Of a DNA stretch of 64,000 nt, positions 31,349 to 41,454 are shown in pieces. Below the pieces are notes generated by a model, which worked only from the letters and a program-made list of their open reading frames with translations, did no database searches and was not told the origin of the DNA. The DNA is from an uncultured Sphingomonadales bacterium (lineage in GTDB: Bacteria > Pseudomonadota > Alphaproteobacteria > Sphingomonadales > Rhodothalassiaceae). Positions within the stretch are counted from its first letter, which is position 1; each line of letters begins with the position of its first letter. Both the position numbers and the translations under genes were made by a program. The DNA is taken from positions 4,274-68,273 of the forward strand of contig CAYYGH010000002.1 in assembly GCA_964471405.1 (NCBI GenBank). Direction: 5' to 3'.

Positions 31349-31981
31349 ATGTTCACCGGCATCGTCACGGACAAGGGCCAGATCACGCGCACGACCGGCA
31401 CGGACCCGCGCCGGATCGTGGTGACCACCCGCTATTCTCCCGAGACGATCGAACTCGGGGCCTCCATCGCCGTGGACGGCATCTGTCTGACTGTCGTGGA
31501 CAAGGGCCCGGCCGCTTCCCCCCATGCCGCCTGGTTTGCTGCCGATGTCTCGGCTGAAACGCTTGCCCGCACCACCGCGCAAAGCTGGGAGGCGGGCCGG
31601 ACCGTCAACCTCGAACGGGCGCTCAAGATCGGTGACGAACTGGGCGGACATATCGTCACCGGCCATGTCGATGCCACCGGCCAGGTGCGCCGCGTGATGC
31701 CGGGGGAGAATGCCTATGTCGTGGAGATCGCGGCACCACGCGAACTGGCGCCTCTGATTGCGGAAAAGGGATCGATCGCCGTTGACGGCGTCTCCCTGAC
31801 GGTCAATGCCGTGCGGGACGAGCCGGAAGCTGTCATTTTCACCGTCAATCTCGTGCCTTTCACACGCCGGGCCACCACCCTGGGCGAGATTGCACCCGAT
31901 CGCCGCGTCAATCTGGAAATCGACCCGCTCGCACGCTATATCGCGCGCTGGCAGGAGCTGCACCGGCCCACGCCGAAGTGA
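31349..31981 (+). CDS. ribE: riboflavin synthase
   Basis: MFTGIVTDKGQI... with duplicated lumazine-binding repeats (SIAVDGICLTV and SIAVDGVSLTV). Confidence 0.9.
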   Translation: MFTGIVTDKGQITRTTGTDPRRIVVTTRYSPETIELGASIAVDGICLTVVDKGPAASPHAAWFAADVSAETLARTTAQSWEAGRTVNLERALKIGDELGGHIVTGHVDATGQVRRVMPGENAYVVEIAAPRELAPLIAEKGSIAVDGVSLTVNAVRDEPEAVIFTVNLVPFTRRATTLGEIAPDRRVNLEIDPLARYIARWQELHRPTPK

Positions 31982-32094
31982 TGGACGAAAGGCGCAATAC
32001 GCCCCGCTCCCCGTGATCGGGATCTCATGTCGAAGCGCTTCGGGCATCATCGCCCAGGCCGGGAGCAGCGCGACGGACAGGCGAGTCACATCCC

Positions 32095-33267
32095 ATGCCG
32101 CACAGCGAAATCGCACGGATCGAGGAGATCATCGAGGAGGCCCGCAACGGCCGGATGTTCATCCTCATCGATGACGAAGATCGCGAAAATGAAGGCGATC
32201 TCGTCATTCCCGCCCAGATGGCCACGCCGGCAGCCATCACCTTCATGGCGACCCATGGGCGCGGTCTGATCTGCCTGGCGCTCACCCGCCAGCGGATCGA
32301 AGAGCTGGGTCTACCGTTGATGACCCAGGAGAACGCCTCACGGCACCAGACGGCCTTCACCGTTTCCATAGAAGCGAAGGAAGGTGTCTCCACCGGCATT
32401 TCCGCCCATGACCGGGCGCGCACAATTCAGGTCGCCATCGATCCCTCCAAGGGCCGCGAGGATATCGTCGTGCCCGGCCACGTGTTTCCGCTGATGGCGC
32501 GTGACGGGGGCGTGCTGGTGCGCGCAGGCCACACGGAAGCCTCCGTCGATATCGCCCGGCTGGCGGGCCTCATTCCGGCCGCGGTGATCTGCGAGATCAT
32601 GAAGGATGACGGCAGCATGGCGCGGCTGCCCGATCTTGTCGCCTTCGCAAAGCGGCATGGCCTCAAGATCGGCACGATCCGCGACCTCATTGCCTATCGC
32701 CTGAAGCATGACAGCCTTGTGACCTGCATTCATGAGGAGCCGTTCTACAGCCTGCACGGGGGTGAGTGGCGGTTGCGCGTCTACCGCAATACGGCCGAGT
32801 TCGGTGAGCATGTGGCGCTTGTGAAGGGCGAAATCCACGAAGACGATCCCGTGCCCGTGCGCATGCATGCCGTCAACATCTTCGAAGACATCCTGGCGGA
32901 AGCGAACGGCCGATCCGGACAGCTGGCCGCCGCCATGGAGCTGATTGCCGAAGAAGGTCGGGGAGTGGTGGTCCTCATCCGTGACACGCGACCGGATCGG
33001 CTCTCCCAACTGCTCGAAGAGCGGCAGCAACGCGCGGGTCGGCCGCCACTGAGACTGGCACATGGGGAAAGGCCGGCGCCCATGCCCTTGCGCGATTACG
33101 GGATCGGGGCGCAGATCCTGCTGGACATTGGTGTCAGACGGCTGATCCTGCTCTCCAACACCCGCCACAACATCGTCGCGCTCACCGGCTACGGGCTTGA
33201 TATCGTCGAGCAGCGCCCGATCCCGATCGCCGGAAAGGAGTCGACCCGAAAGGACGGTGCGGCATGA
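32095..33267 (+). CDS. ribBA: bifunctional 3,4-dihydroxy-2-butanone-4-phosphate synthase / GTP cyclohydrolase II-like
   Basis: [16 protein letters not shown]...GLICLAL...[29 protein letters not shown], followed by a RibA-like C-terminal half. Confidence 0.9.
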   Translation: MPHSEIARIEEIIEEARNGRMFILIDDEDRENEGDLVIPAQMATPAAITFMATHGRGLICLALTRQRIEELGLPLMTQENASRHQTAFTVSIEAKEGVSTGISAHDRARTIQVAIDPSKGREDIVVPGHVFPLMARDGGVLVRAGHTEASVDIARLAGLIPAAVICEIMKDDGSMARLPDLVAFAKRHGLKIGTIRDLIAYRLKHDSLVTCIHEEPFYSLHGGEWRLRVYRNTAEFGEHVALVKGEIHEDDPVPVRMHAVNIFEDILAEANGRSGQLAAAMELIAEEGRGVVVLIRDTRPDRLSQLLEERQQRAGRPPLRLAHGERPAPMPLRDYGIGAQILLDIGVRRLILLSNTRHNIVALTGYGLDIVEQRPIPIAGKESTRKDGAA

Positions 33268-33734
33268 CGACGACGGAAGCGGCGCCGCCGCGCATTCTCA
33301 TCGTGGAAGCCCGTTTTTACGAGGATATCGCCGACGCCCTTCTTGCCGGCGCCCGTGCCGTGCTGGAAGCTGCCGGCGCACGCTTTGACCGGATCACCGT
33401 ACCCGGCGCCTTCGAGATCCCGGCCGTGATCGCCATGGCCGAGCACGCAGCCAAGAACGGCCGGGGTCAGGCATATGACGGCTATATCGCCCTGGGCTGC
33501 GTGATCCGGGGAGAGACCACCCATTACGACTATGTGGCGGGGGAAAGTGCCCGCGGCCTCATGGAGCTCTCCATTCGCGAAGCTCTGGCGATCGGATATG
33601 GCATTCTGACCACCGACACCCGTGATCAGGCCTGGGTGCGCGCTGATCCGGCCCAGAAGAACAAGGGGGCGGACGCTGCCCGCGCCTGTCTGCACCAGAT
33701 CGCAATCCGCCGCCGGCTGGAGGGATGGCGATGA
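33264..33734 (+). CDS. ribH: 6,7-dimethyl-8-ribityllumazine synthase
   Basis: ILIVEARFYEDIAD...VPGAFEIP...IALGCVIRGETTHYDYV. ATGA overlap with ribBA. Confidence 0.9.
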   Translation: MTTTEAAPPRILIVEARFYEDIADALLAGARAVLEAAGARFDRITVPGAFEIPAVIAMAEHAAKNGRGQAYDGYIALGCVIRGETTHYDYVAGESARGLMELSIREALAIGYGILTTDTRDQAWVRADPAQKNKGADAARACLHQIAIRRRLEGWR

Positions 33735-34231
33735 CACAGGCGATGGTCGGGAAAAAGAGGACGGGCGGCAGGCGCGGCGACCCGTTTGCCCGCCCCCGCA
33801 CGGCGGCGCGACTGTTTGCGGTCCAGGCCCTTTATCAGATGCAGCAGCAGGCCAGCACCGCGCAATCGGTGATTGTGGAATTCGTCACCCATCGCCTTGG
33901 TGATCCCCCCGCCGAAGACATGCCTCTCCTCAATCCGGACCGGGCCTTCTTCCGGGATCTGGTGGCCGGAACCGCGGCACGGCGGGACGAAATCGATGGC
34001 CATATCAACCGCCACCTGCCGGCATCCTGGCCCATGGAACGGCTGGATCCGGTTCTGCTTGCGATCATGAGGGCGGCGACCTATGAGCTGCTTGCCCGGC
34101 CCGACATCCCGACCGGCTCGGTCATCAACGACTATCTCCACATCGCCCATCTCTTCTTCGGTGACCGGCAGGCGGCGTTCGTCAATGGCGTGCTGGATGC
34201 GGTGGCACGGGATCTGCGTGCCGGCACGTGA
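33725..34231 (+). CDS. nusB: transcription antitermination factor NusB
   Basis: ARTAARLFAVQALYQM...LLAIMRAATYELL...VINDYLHIAHLF...FVNGVLD. Overlaps the ribH end by 10 nt. Confidence 0.9.
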   Translation: MAMTQAMVGKKRTGGRRGDPFARPRTAARLFAVQALYQMQQQASTAQSVIVEFVTHRLGDPPAEDMPLLNPDRAFFRDLVAGTAARRDEIDGHINRHLPASWPMERLDPVLLAIMRAATYELLARPDIPTGSVINDYLHIAHLFFGDRQAAFVNGVLDAVARDLRAGT

Positions 34232-34255
34232 GGACCGTCTTCCAGGAGCATCGCC

Positions 34256-35224
34256 GTGACGGCTGAAGAAACCATCGGCGAATTCCGGTTCATTGCGGAA
34301 CTCCTGCGGCCGCTGGCGCGCGATCCGGCCGCCCGGAATCTGGTCGATGACACGGCCGTCCTGCCCCTTCCGTCCGGCTGGGATCTGGTGACGACCAAGG
34401 ACCTGATGGCCGCCGGGCGTCATTACTTTCCGGACGATGATCCGGCGCTGGTGGCCCGCAAGCTGCTCAGGGTGAATCTTTCGGATCTGGCCGCGGCGGG
34501 AGCCGAGCCGGTGGGCTTCCTGCTGGGGCTGGCAGAACCCGAAGCGCTGAGTCGGGCGCGTCTTGCCCGCTTCGTTGCAGGGCTGCGCGAGGACAGCGAG
34601 TTGTTTTCCATCCCCCTGCTTGGAGGAGACACCATCTCGCATGCGGGATGCGAGGTGTTCTCTCTTACGGCACTGGGCCGCGTGCCGCAGGGCAAGGCAC
34701 TCTCACGGGCGGGTGCCCGGCCGGGTGATCGGCTGTATCTGACAGGCAGCCTTGGTGATGCGGCGCTCGGCCTTCTGGCCCGGCGCGGCGAGATCGCCTC
34801 CCATCCCCTGTGGGAAGAGCGTCTCACCCTGCCCCGGCCGCGGCTTGCCTTTGCCAGCCGGGCCCGCATGCTGATTCATGCCGCCATCGACATCTCCGAC
34901 GGCCTGATCGCCGATGCCCGGCACATGGCGGAGGCCAGCGGCTGCCGGCTCGTGATCACAAGCGGGCGCCTGCCCCTGTCACGCCCTACCCGGGCCGTTC
35001 TCGCCCGCAACACGCAGTTGTGGGAACCCGTGCTCGCGGGGGGAGATGACTATGAACTCCTGCTCGCGGCTCCTCGCGAAAGCGAAGCCGCCCTCCTGGC
35101 AATCGCCCGCGAAACGGACACGCCGCTCGCCCCTGTCGGCCATGTCGCGACCGGCCAGGGGGTGACGGTGACAGGCCTGGAACCGCACGATCTTTCCTTC
35201 ACCCGCACCGGCTTTACCCATTGA
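34256..35224 (+). CDS. thiL: thiamine-monophosphate kinase
   Basis: GEFRFIAELL...DDTAVL...TKDLMAAGRHYF...LGGDT...DISDGLIADARHM. GTG start with AGGAG 7 nt upstream. Confidence 0.9.
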   Translation: MTAEETIGEFRFIAELLRPLARDPAARNLVDDTAVLPLPSGWDLVTTKDLMAAGRHYFPDDDPALVARKLLRVNLSDLAAAGAEPVGFLLGLAEPEALSRARLARFVAGLREDSELFSIPLLGGDTISHAGCEVFSLTALGRVPQGKALSRAGARPGDRLYLTGSLGDAALGLLARRGEIASHPLWEERLTLPRPRLAFASRARMLIHAAIDISDGLIADARHMAEASGCRLVITSGRLPLSRPTRAVLARNTQLWEPVLAGGDDYELLLAAPRESEAALLAIARETDTPLAPVGHVATGQGVTVTGLEPHDLSFTRTGFTH

Positions 35225-35304
35225 TAGGGTTTTTGCGACAGACAGGAGAAGGATGAAGGCGCTTACAGGGCCTCTTTGCGATCCGTGGCAAGGGAGATGC
35301 ATCA

Positions 35305-35817
35305 ATGGCGGATCCGGCAGCCGAACCGGAAGAGCGCTCCGGCAAGGGCATGATGCTGATCATGGTGCTGGGCATCGTGGGCGGCATTCTGCTGGGAGGT
35401 GCCGTCGTCTATTTCCTCACGGGTGGTTTCGGCAAGAAGCAGGAAGCTCCCGTGGAAAAGGTGGAAGCCGAGGCCAAGCCCAAGGAAAAGCAGATCGATC
35501 TGCTGACCGTGCCGGTGCGCCGTTTCGCGGTGCCGCTGATCAATGACCACGGACGCGTGCTCGGCTACATGTGGGTGGATTTCGTCTTCGAGGTGAACGG
35601 TCCCCAGAATCAGTCCTATGTAGCCGCGCGGGTGCCGGAGATCCGGGATGCCCTGCTGCGCGATCTCAATGACCGCCAGACGACACGTCACGATCGTCCC
35701 GGTGCACTGGACATCGATCTCGTGGCCCGTCGTCTTGATGCCGTCTCACGCCAAATTCTTGGCAGGGAACGGCTGCTCCATGTGCGCATCACCAATGTGG
35801 AACGCGCACCGGGCTGA
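35305..35817 (+). CDS. FliL-like single-pass membrane protein
   Basis: N-terminal TM MLIMVLGIVGGILLGGAVVYF, Lys/Glu linker, then VPVRRFAVPLI...YMWVDFVFEV...VPEIRDALLRDLN, which resembles the FliL family. No other flagellar genes are nearby. Confidence 0.5.
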   Translation: MADPAAEPEERSGKGMMLIMVLGIVGGILLGGAVVYFLTGGFGKKQEAPVEKVEAEAKPKEKQIDLLTVPVRRFAVPLINDHGRVLGYMWVDFVFEVNGPQNQSYVAARVPEIRDALLRDLNDRQTTRHDRPGALDIDLVARRLDAVSRQILGRERLLHVRITNVERAPG

Positions 35818-35841
35818 GCATGGCCCTGCCGGTCTGCCCAC

Positions 35842-37113
35842 TCAGCCCTGGGCGAGGCGGAAATACGGCGGGATGCCGCTTTCCCGCCCGGTCAGGAGAT
35901 CGGCCACGAAGCGGCCCAGGCGCGGCCCGTGCTTGAAACCATGGCCGGAGCCGCCCCCCACCAGCAGCACCCGGGCTTCATCCGGATGATGGTCGATGAG
36001 AAAATTCTCGCCCGCGCGGACCGAATACTGGCACACCCGTCCGCCAAGAAGCGGCTGGTCGGCCAGCGCCGGAAAGCGCCGGGCGAGGAAGGCGCGGGCC
36101 TCATCCACAAGCGCAGTCGTCACGCGTCGGTCCATGGTTTCCGGATCCACGGCCTCGCCGAAGGCATGATGGGCGAGCTTCATGCCGCGCCCCGTCACAT
36201 CCGGAATGCCATAGAAGATGTCGCCATTGTTGAAGTCGGCCCACACCGGCAGACGCCCTGGTCCATAGTCCGGCGAACCGGCGGGCGGGCCGATGAAATA
36301 GACCTCCTGGCGGGTGACAAGGATGGTATTGCCGATCACCTCGGGAAACAGTTTCGGCAGCCAGGGTCCGCAGGCATAGACCGCCGCGCCCGCCTCCAGC
36401 CGGTCGCCTTCCGCCAGGGGCACCACGATCGTCGAGCCCCTTGCCTCGAAGGGCCGTGCGCGGGCGCGGATGATCGCGCCGCCCATGGCCTCCACTTCGC
36501 GCGCCACCGCCTGAACGGCCCGACGGGCGAGGATGGCCCCGGAGCCCTCCTCCAGAAAGCCCAGCCTGATGCCATCCAGCGCGATCTGCGGGTATCGGCG
36601 GGCCAGGGCCTTGCGGTCCAGAATGCGATGGGAAACGCCAAGCGTATCCAGTGATCGCAGGCTTGCTTCCACATATGAATCGCGCTCATGGGTAAGCCAC
36701 AGGACGCCGGCTGGGAAGAACAGCGGCCCCTCGTGCCGCGCGGCGAGCGCCCGCCAGCCCGCGAGCCCCTCATGCGCCCATTCGGCATAATGGTGGGCCG
36801 CGCCGTAGGCGATCCGCAGAACCCGCGTTTCCCCGCCCGAGCTTGCGCGCGCATTGGCGGGACCATGGGCGTCGATGATGGCAACCTTGAGCCCGCGGGA
36901 AAGCAGATGCCAGGCCGTCCATATGCCAAAAACGCCCGCGCCCACGATCACGACATCAAAGGCCTTTCGCCGACCCCGGCGTAAGCTTCGGGCCTGTGCC
37001 CCACCGGCGGGCGGCGATTGTCCGGCCGGCGCCCGGCCCACAATTCCTCCAAGCCCGGCAGCCGCCAGGGCGGCCGTCGTCTTCAGAATGTCCCGACGTG
37101 TGCGCTTCGCCAT
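35842..37113 (-). CDS. Tat-exported FAD-dependent oxidoreductase (DAO / sarcosine-oxidase-like family)
   Basis: Twin-arginine signal MAKRTRRDILKTTAALAAAGLG, then the dinucleotide fold FDVVIVGAGVFGIWTAWHL...SSGGETRVLR. Confidence 0.8.
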   Translation of the reverse strand: MAKRTRRDILKTTAALAAAGLGGIVGRAPAGQSPPAGGAQARSLRRGRRKAFDVVIVGAGVFGIWTAWHLLSRGLKVAIIDAHGPANARASSGGETRVLRIAYGAAHHYAEWAHEGLAGWRALAARHEGPLFFPAGVLWLTHERDSYVEASLRSLDTLGVSHRILDRKALARRYPQIALDGIRLGFLEEGSGAILARRAVQAVAREVEAMGGAIIRARARPFEARGSTIVVPLAEGDRLEAGAAVYACGPWLPKLFPEVIGNTILVTRQEVYFIGPPAGSPDYGPGRLPVWADFNNGDIFYGIPDVTGRGMKLAHHAFGEAVDPETMDRRVTTALVDEARAFLARRFPALADQPLLGGRVCQYSVRAGENFLIDHHPDEARVLLVGGGSGHGFKHGPRLGRFVADLLTGRESGIPPYFRLAQG

Positions 37114-37170
37114 ACCTGATCGCTCTTTACCCGTCTGCGAGACAGCACCCGCATTCTCTCCGCCGTGCCG

Positions 37171-37215
37171 AAAAGATCAAGGCCGGTGCGACGCCTTCCC
37201 TGCGCCACACCGGCC
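37171..37215 (-). terminator. possible terminator after the TonB-dependent receptor gene
   Basis: On the minus strand: GGCCGGTG, a 19-nt loop, CACCGGCC, followed by TTGATCTTTTCGG. The large loop lowers confidence. Confidence 0.4.
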
Positions 37216-37271
37216 CGATCCTGCCTGCCTTCAGGAGGAAGGGCGCCTGCCCGCCCTCCCGATCCGGCTCG

Positions 37272-39755
37272 TCAGTACTGCGCGCGGACCGTGAAACCGA
37301 AGGTGCGCGGCTGATTGGTCAGGAAGCCCACGCGCGCCAGCGTGCCGCGCTCGCGGTCCAGCGCCAGCTGCGCCCGCTCGTCCCAGATGTTGTTGATCCA
37401 GAACGACAGCTCCCAGCGGTCGTTGCGCACGCCGATGCGCAGATTGCCGATCTGGTAGGCGTCGAGCTTCGGATCGAAGACGAAGGTCGAACGATCCGGA
37501 TCACCGAAGGGGATGATCGTCAGATCGACGACACCGAAGCCCGGCGACTGGTCACCCGTCTGGGTGAACCGCGAGCCGACATGCTGGACGGTCGCGATCA
37601 CGAAGCCGTCATAATCATCCGAGACGGGTGTCGTGTAGCTGAGCGTGGCCGCCATCTGGAAGCGCGGCACCGTCGGCAGGCGGTTGCCCTTCTTCAGGCC
37701 GGCGACGACCGTGGTGTTGCCGAAAGCATCGGTCGAGGTGATCGTCGAGCGCAGCTCCGGATCGGTATAGGAGGCGCTCAAAGCGAACGACCAGTGCTCA
37801 TCGGGCCGGACGTTGAGCTCGATCTCGGTGCCGATCGAGCGCGCATCCGGCACGTTGAAGATGATGCGGGACGAGCAGGTGCCGGCATCCACCGTCGCCT
37901 GCAAGTTCTTGATCTGCTCCCAGAAGGCCGCAATGTTGAAGACGACGCGCCCGGCAAACAGCTCCGTCTTCGCCCCGACCTCGTAGTTCCACAGCTCCTC
38001 GTCCTTGAAGGTCGGGCGATTGCCGAAGGTGATGAGGTCCTGAGGCGAGCAGACCGGCACATTGAGCGGGTCGTTGATGCCGCCGAGCCGGAAGCCCTTG
38101 GAGACCTGGGCGTTGAGCTGGACATCATCGCTGGGCTTGTAGCTCACGATCACCCGCGGCGAAAACCCGTCCGTCGAGGTCTTGCCGGGCTGGCCGATGG
38201 TCTGGTCGGCAAAGATGCCGTCGAAATTGAGCACGCGGCGCTCGTCGAAATTGTACCAGCGGCCGCCGGCCGTGATGTCGAAGTTGTCAGTGACGCGGTA
38301 GGTGGCCTCGCCGAAGATCGCGATCTGCTCGAAGTCATAGGGAATGTCCGAGAAGAACAGCACGTCCTTCGGTGCCAGAATGCCGGCAGTGGGGATGTTG
38401 ATGCCGGCAAGATCACGCATCAGATCCTCGAAGCCGTCCACGAACAGCGTCTGGCCGTAGCGGCGGTTGATGTTGCTGTAGAAGACGCCGAGCACCCACT
38501 GCAGTCGCGCCCCCTCGTCCGTAGAATAGAAGCGCGCCTCTTCCGTGAACATGTCCACATTGGTGCGGTCGAAGAGCGGCGCATCCAGGGTCACGATCGG
38601 CTCGGGCGCCCCGAAGACCTGGAAGGTGACCGAACCGGTCAGCTGCGTCCCATCGCGGATCTGCAGGATCTCGCGGTTCGTGAACGAGCTGATGGACTTG
38701 AAGCCGAAGACGTCGCCCTCCCAGGTCAGTTCCACGTCGGACAGCAGAAACTCGTCGCGGAAGGTCTCTTCCAGCTGGGTGAACTGGTCGAGCCGCCCCA
38801 GCGTCACCCGCGGGCGCGTCGTCGTGAAGGGATTGGCGAGGATGTTGTAGAGATCGACGCGGTTGAAGCCATCGATTTCGACCTTCTGATACACGACACG
38901 CGGGCGCAGCGTCAGGCGATCGTTGATGCGGATTTCCGCCGCCAGCCGCCCGCCGAAGCGCACGCCGTCGTTAACATCCTTCTTCACCTTCGGCCGGGCG
39001 AAGGTATCCCCGCCAGGCTGGACCGCATTGATGAAGCCGCCGTAGCGGGTCGCATAGGCGACCGCCCGCACCGCGATCACGTCATTGACCGGAATGTTGA
39101 ACGCGGCCTTCAATGACCCGCCGACATCGCCGTGGTCGATGACATTGCCGGTCGCCTCGGCAATCACCTCATAGTCGTCGAAATTCGGCTTGTTCGTGAT
39201 GTAGCGCACGGTGCCGGACAGCGAACCGGAGCCGAACAGCGTGCCCTGAGGCCCGCGCAGCACCTCCACCCGGTTGGTATCGAAGAAGTCGAGATCGGGC
39301 GTGAACAGCGACAGCGAGATCGGCGATTCATCGAGATAGATGCCCACCTGCTCCTTCACGCCCGGCTGGTCGCGCACGATCTGACCGGCCGAGACGCCGC
39401 GCATCGCCACCTGGCTCTGGCCCGGGCCCAGGTTCTGGATCGTGAAACCGGCGACGTTCGCCGCAATGTCCTCAAGACTCTGCGCGCCGCGGTCGCGCAT
39501 CATCGATTCGGTCAGCGCATTGATCGAGAACGGCACGTTCTGCAGCGTCTCGGAGCGCTTGCGCGCGGTGACCACGATCTCCTCCAGGGTGCCGACTTCG
39601 GCCTGCCCGGAGTCTTTTGCCTGTGCCTCGTCATTCTGCGTCTGGGCCAGGGCGCCGCCCGTCCCGAACAGCATGGCACCTACCGCAAGCGCCAGGGCGC
39701 TGCAGCCACCGGCCCGGATTCCACCGCTCCTCTTCCACATGGCACGATCGGTCAT
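37272..39755 (-). CDS. TonB-dependent receptor
   Basis: Signal peptide, plug motifs EEIVVTARKRSETLQNVPFSI and VEVLRGPQGTLFGSGSLSGTVRYI, and a C-terminal aromatic residue (..VRAQY). Start chosen at ATG 39753-39755, preceded by GGGAGGA; the ORF is open to 39785. Confidence 0.9.
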   Translation of the reverse strand: MTDRAMWKRSGGIRAGGCSALALAVGAMLFGTGGALAQTQNDEAQAKDSGQAEVGTLEEIVVTARKRSETLQNVPFSINALTESMMRDRGAQSLEDIAANVAGFTIQNLGPGQSQVAMRGVSAGQIVRDQPGVKEQVGIYLDESPISLSLFTPDLDFFDTNRVEVLRGPQGTLFGSGSLSGTVRYITNKPNFDDYEVIAEATGNVIDHGDVGGSLKAAFNIPVNDVIAVRAVAYATRYGGFINAVQPGGDTFARPKVKKDVNDGVRFGGRLAAEIRINDRLTLRPRVVYQKVEIDGFNRVDLYNILANPFTTTRPRVTLGRLDQFTQLEETFRDEFLLSDVELTWEGDVFGFKSISSFTNREILQIRDGTQLTGSVTFQVFGAPEPIVTLDAPLFDRTNVDMFTEEARFYSTDEGARLQWVLGVFYSNINRRYGQTLFVDGFEDLMRDLAGINIPTAGILAPKDVLFFSDIPYDFEQIAIFGEATYRVTDNFDITAGGRWYNFDERRVLNFDGIFADQTIGQPGKTSTDGFSPRVIVSYKPSDDVQLNAQVSKGFRLGGINDPLNVPVCSPQDLITFGNRPTFKDEELWNYEVGAKTELFAGRVVFNIAAFWEQIKNLQATVDAGTCSSRIIFNVPDARSIGTEIELNVRPDEHWSFALSASYTDPELRSTITSTDAFGNTTVVAGLKKGNRLPTVPRFQMAATLSYTTPVSDDYDGFVIATVQHVGSRFTQTGDQSPGFGVVDLTIIPFGDPDRSTFVFDPKLDAYQIGNLRIGVRNDRWELSFWINNIWDERAQLALDRERGTLARVGFLTNQPRTFGFTVRAQY

Positions 39756-40077
39756 CGTCGTTCCTCCCATCCTGGATGAGTGCATATTCCACCAAGGAAA
39801 CGGACGAACACAGCATCATGGTGTTCTGTCGATAGATTAGTCGGCTGCCCCCCACCGCCTCAATCCAAAAGCGACAATTCACAACAGATGGGCGGAGAAA
39901 TTTTCCGATACTGTGTCAAAAACGTCACACTCTGACGCAATCGGTCTAGACAGCCGGGACGGAAGCAAGGGCGATGGAAGGCAGCCGGTGCGAGGTTCAT
40001 GCGCAGCGCGGTTGGTCTTGGCAAGGCAGGCATGCTCCCGCTCCTGTTTTCCCAAAGAGGGGCTGGCGCAAAGGGGA

Positions 40078-41409
40078 TCACGCCTTTCCGGGCGCTGGCG
40101 GCAGCGAAGCTGCGTCTGACGAGGCATCGGGCGGCGGAACCATATGGACAACCCGCTGCGGGAAGGGAAAGACGATGCCGGCCTTCCGGAACTTGTGCCA
40201 GATCCTGAGCAACACGTCACTCGATACATTGGTGATGCCGTTTTGCGGATCCTCGATCCAGAAGCGCAGCTCCAGATCCACGCCATTGTCTCCAAAGCCC
40301 ACGAGATGCGCCACCGGTGGCGGATCGTCCAGCACCCGCGCCGTCTCGCGGGCCGCCTCGCACATCAGCACGCGGGCCCGTTCGAGATCCGACTCATAGG
40401 AAACCGCCAGCTTGAGCCGGCGCCGCACCCGCCGGTCGGAGAACGACCAGTTGATCACCGGCTGGGTGATGAGATCCTCGTTCGGGATCAGATATTCCGT
40501 CCCGTCGCGGGTGATGATCGAAGTGTAGCGGGCCCCGAGATGATTGATCCATCCATAGGTGCCCTGGGTTTCAATCACGTCGCCCGGCTTGATGGAGCGG
40601 TCAAGCAGCAGAATCAGGCCAGAGATGAAATTCGCGACCACCTTCTGCAGGCCGAAGCCGATGCCGACACCGAGAGCCCCGGAAAACACGGCCAGAGCCG
40701 TCAGATCGACGCCCATGGCATTCAGACCCGCAAGAAAGGCGATCGTATACAGCAGAATGCGCAGAAGCTTGGCCCCCAGCTCCCGCAAGGAGGGATCGAT
40801 GTCCCGCAGGCGGCGGATCTGGCTTTCGCCGAGATCGGAAAGGGCCTTCGCCACCCACACGAGAACCGCAAAGGCGATCAGCCCCTGAACCAGGGAAAGC
40901 AGGGAAAGGCGGAAATCGCCGATCTCGATCCGCACCGCATCAAAGGCCTTGACGATCGGGGCCCACAGTCCGAGGACGTGGAGGGCGGCCACGCTCCAGG
41001 CCGTCCAGGCGACCAGCCGGCGCAAGGATGGCGCCCGGATCACCGTCACCGCAATCCGGATCACAAGCCAGGCCGCCAGCAGGCTCACGGCAACGGAAAG
41101 AGCCGTCACATCAAGACCGGCACTGGCGAAGACGAGCTCCCCCACATAGACGAACAGCACCACCAGAGCCGACGAAACGATCGGGCGGGTGACGATCCGC
41201 AGGCGGGTGATCCAGGGAAAGTCGCGGGCCAGCTCCCCGACCCCGCGCATGATCAGCCCGGCAAGCACATGCGCTACCAGGAAGGCGCCAATGACGAGAA
41301 GGGCGGCAAACAGGGAATCGCGCGTCCACAGCGCCGCATAAAGCTCGCGCGGCACGGCAGCCACCAGATCGTTCAACCAGGCCGGAAGACTCACGTCTTC
41401 TTCTCCCAT
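40078..41409 (-). CDS. mechanosensitive ion channel family protein (MscS-like)
   Basis: GVGIGFGLQKVVANFISGLILLLDRSIKPGDVIE...GWINHLGARYTSIITRDGTEYLIPNEDL is the MscS pore/beta-domain signature. Multiple N-terminal TM segments. Confidence 0.9.
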   Translation of the reverse strand: MGEEDVSLPAWLNDLVAAVPRELYAALWTRDSLFAALLVIGAFLVAHVLAGLIMRGVGELARDFPWITRLRIVTRPIVSSALVVLFVYVGELVFASAGLDVTALSVAVSLLAAWLVIRIAVTVIRAPSLRRLVAWTAWSVAALHVLGLWAPIVKAFDAVRIEIGDFRLSLLSLVQGLIAFAVLVWVAKALSDLGESQIRRLRDIDPSLRELGAKLLRILLYTIAFLAGLNAMGVDLTALAVFSGALGVGIGFGLQKVVANFISGLILLLDRSIKPGDVIETQGTYGWINHLGARYTSIITRDGTEYLIPNEDLITQPVINWSFSDRRVRRRLKLAVSYESDLERARVLMCEAARETARVLDDPPPVAHLVGFGDNGVDLELRFWIEDPQNGITNVSSDVLLRIWHKFRKAGIVFPFPQRVVHMVPPPDASSDAASLPPAPGKA

Positions 41410-41454
41410 CCGCCTGCCTGTTCCCGGACATCGATGGCGGAGCCGGCCCCCAGT

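Noticed and set aside
31982-32094. FMN (RFN) riboswitch inside the rib cluster, also checked at 29543-29597
   Set aside because: The intergenic regions are too short, and they lack the conserved RFN segments (GGGGCAGGGUGAAAUUCCC, GAUCCGGUGAAAUUCCGGAGCCGACAG-like blocks).
36996-39116. 706-aa plus-strand ORF
   Set aside because: Antisense to the TonB-dependent receptor and the 5' end of the FAD oxidoreductase. Composition is Arg/Asp/Glu/Gly-biased with no motifs. Artefact.
39756-40077. Cobalamin or TPP riboswitch, Fur/Irr box upstream of the TonB-dependent receptor
   Set aside because: No B12 box or GCCACUG core, no CUGAGA/TPP core, and no GATAATGATAATCATTATC-like or TTTAGAA-N3-TTCTAAA-like site. 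Only short generic inverted repeats are present.
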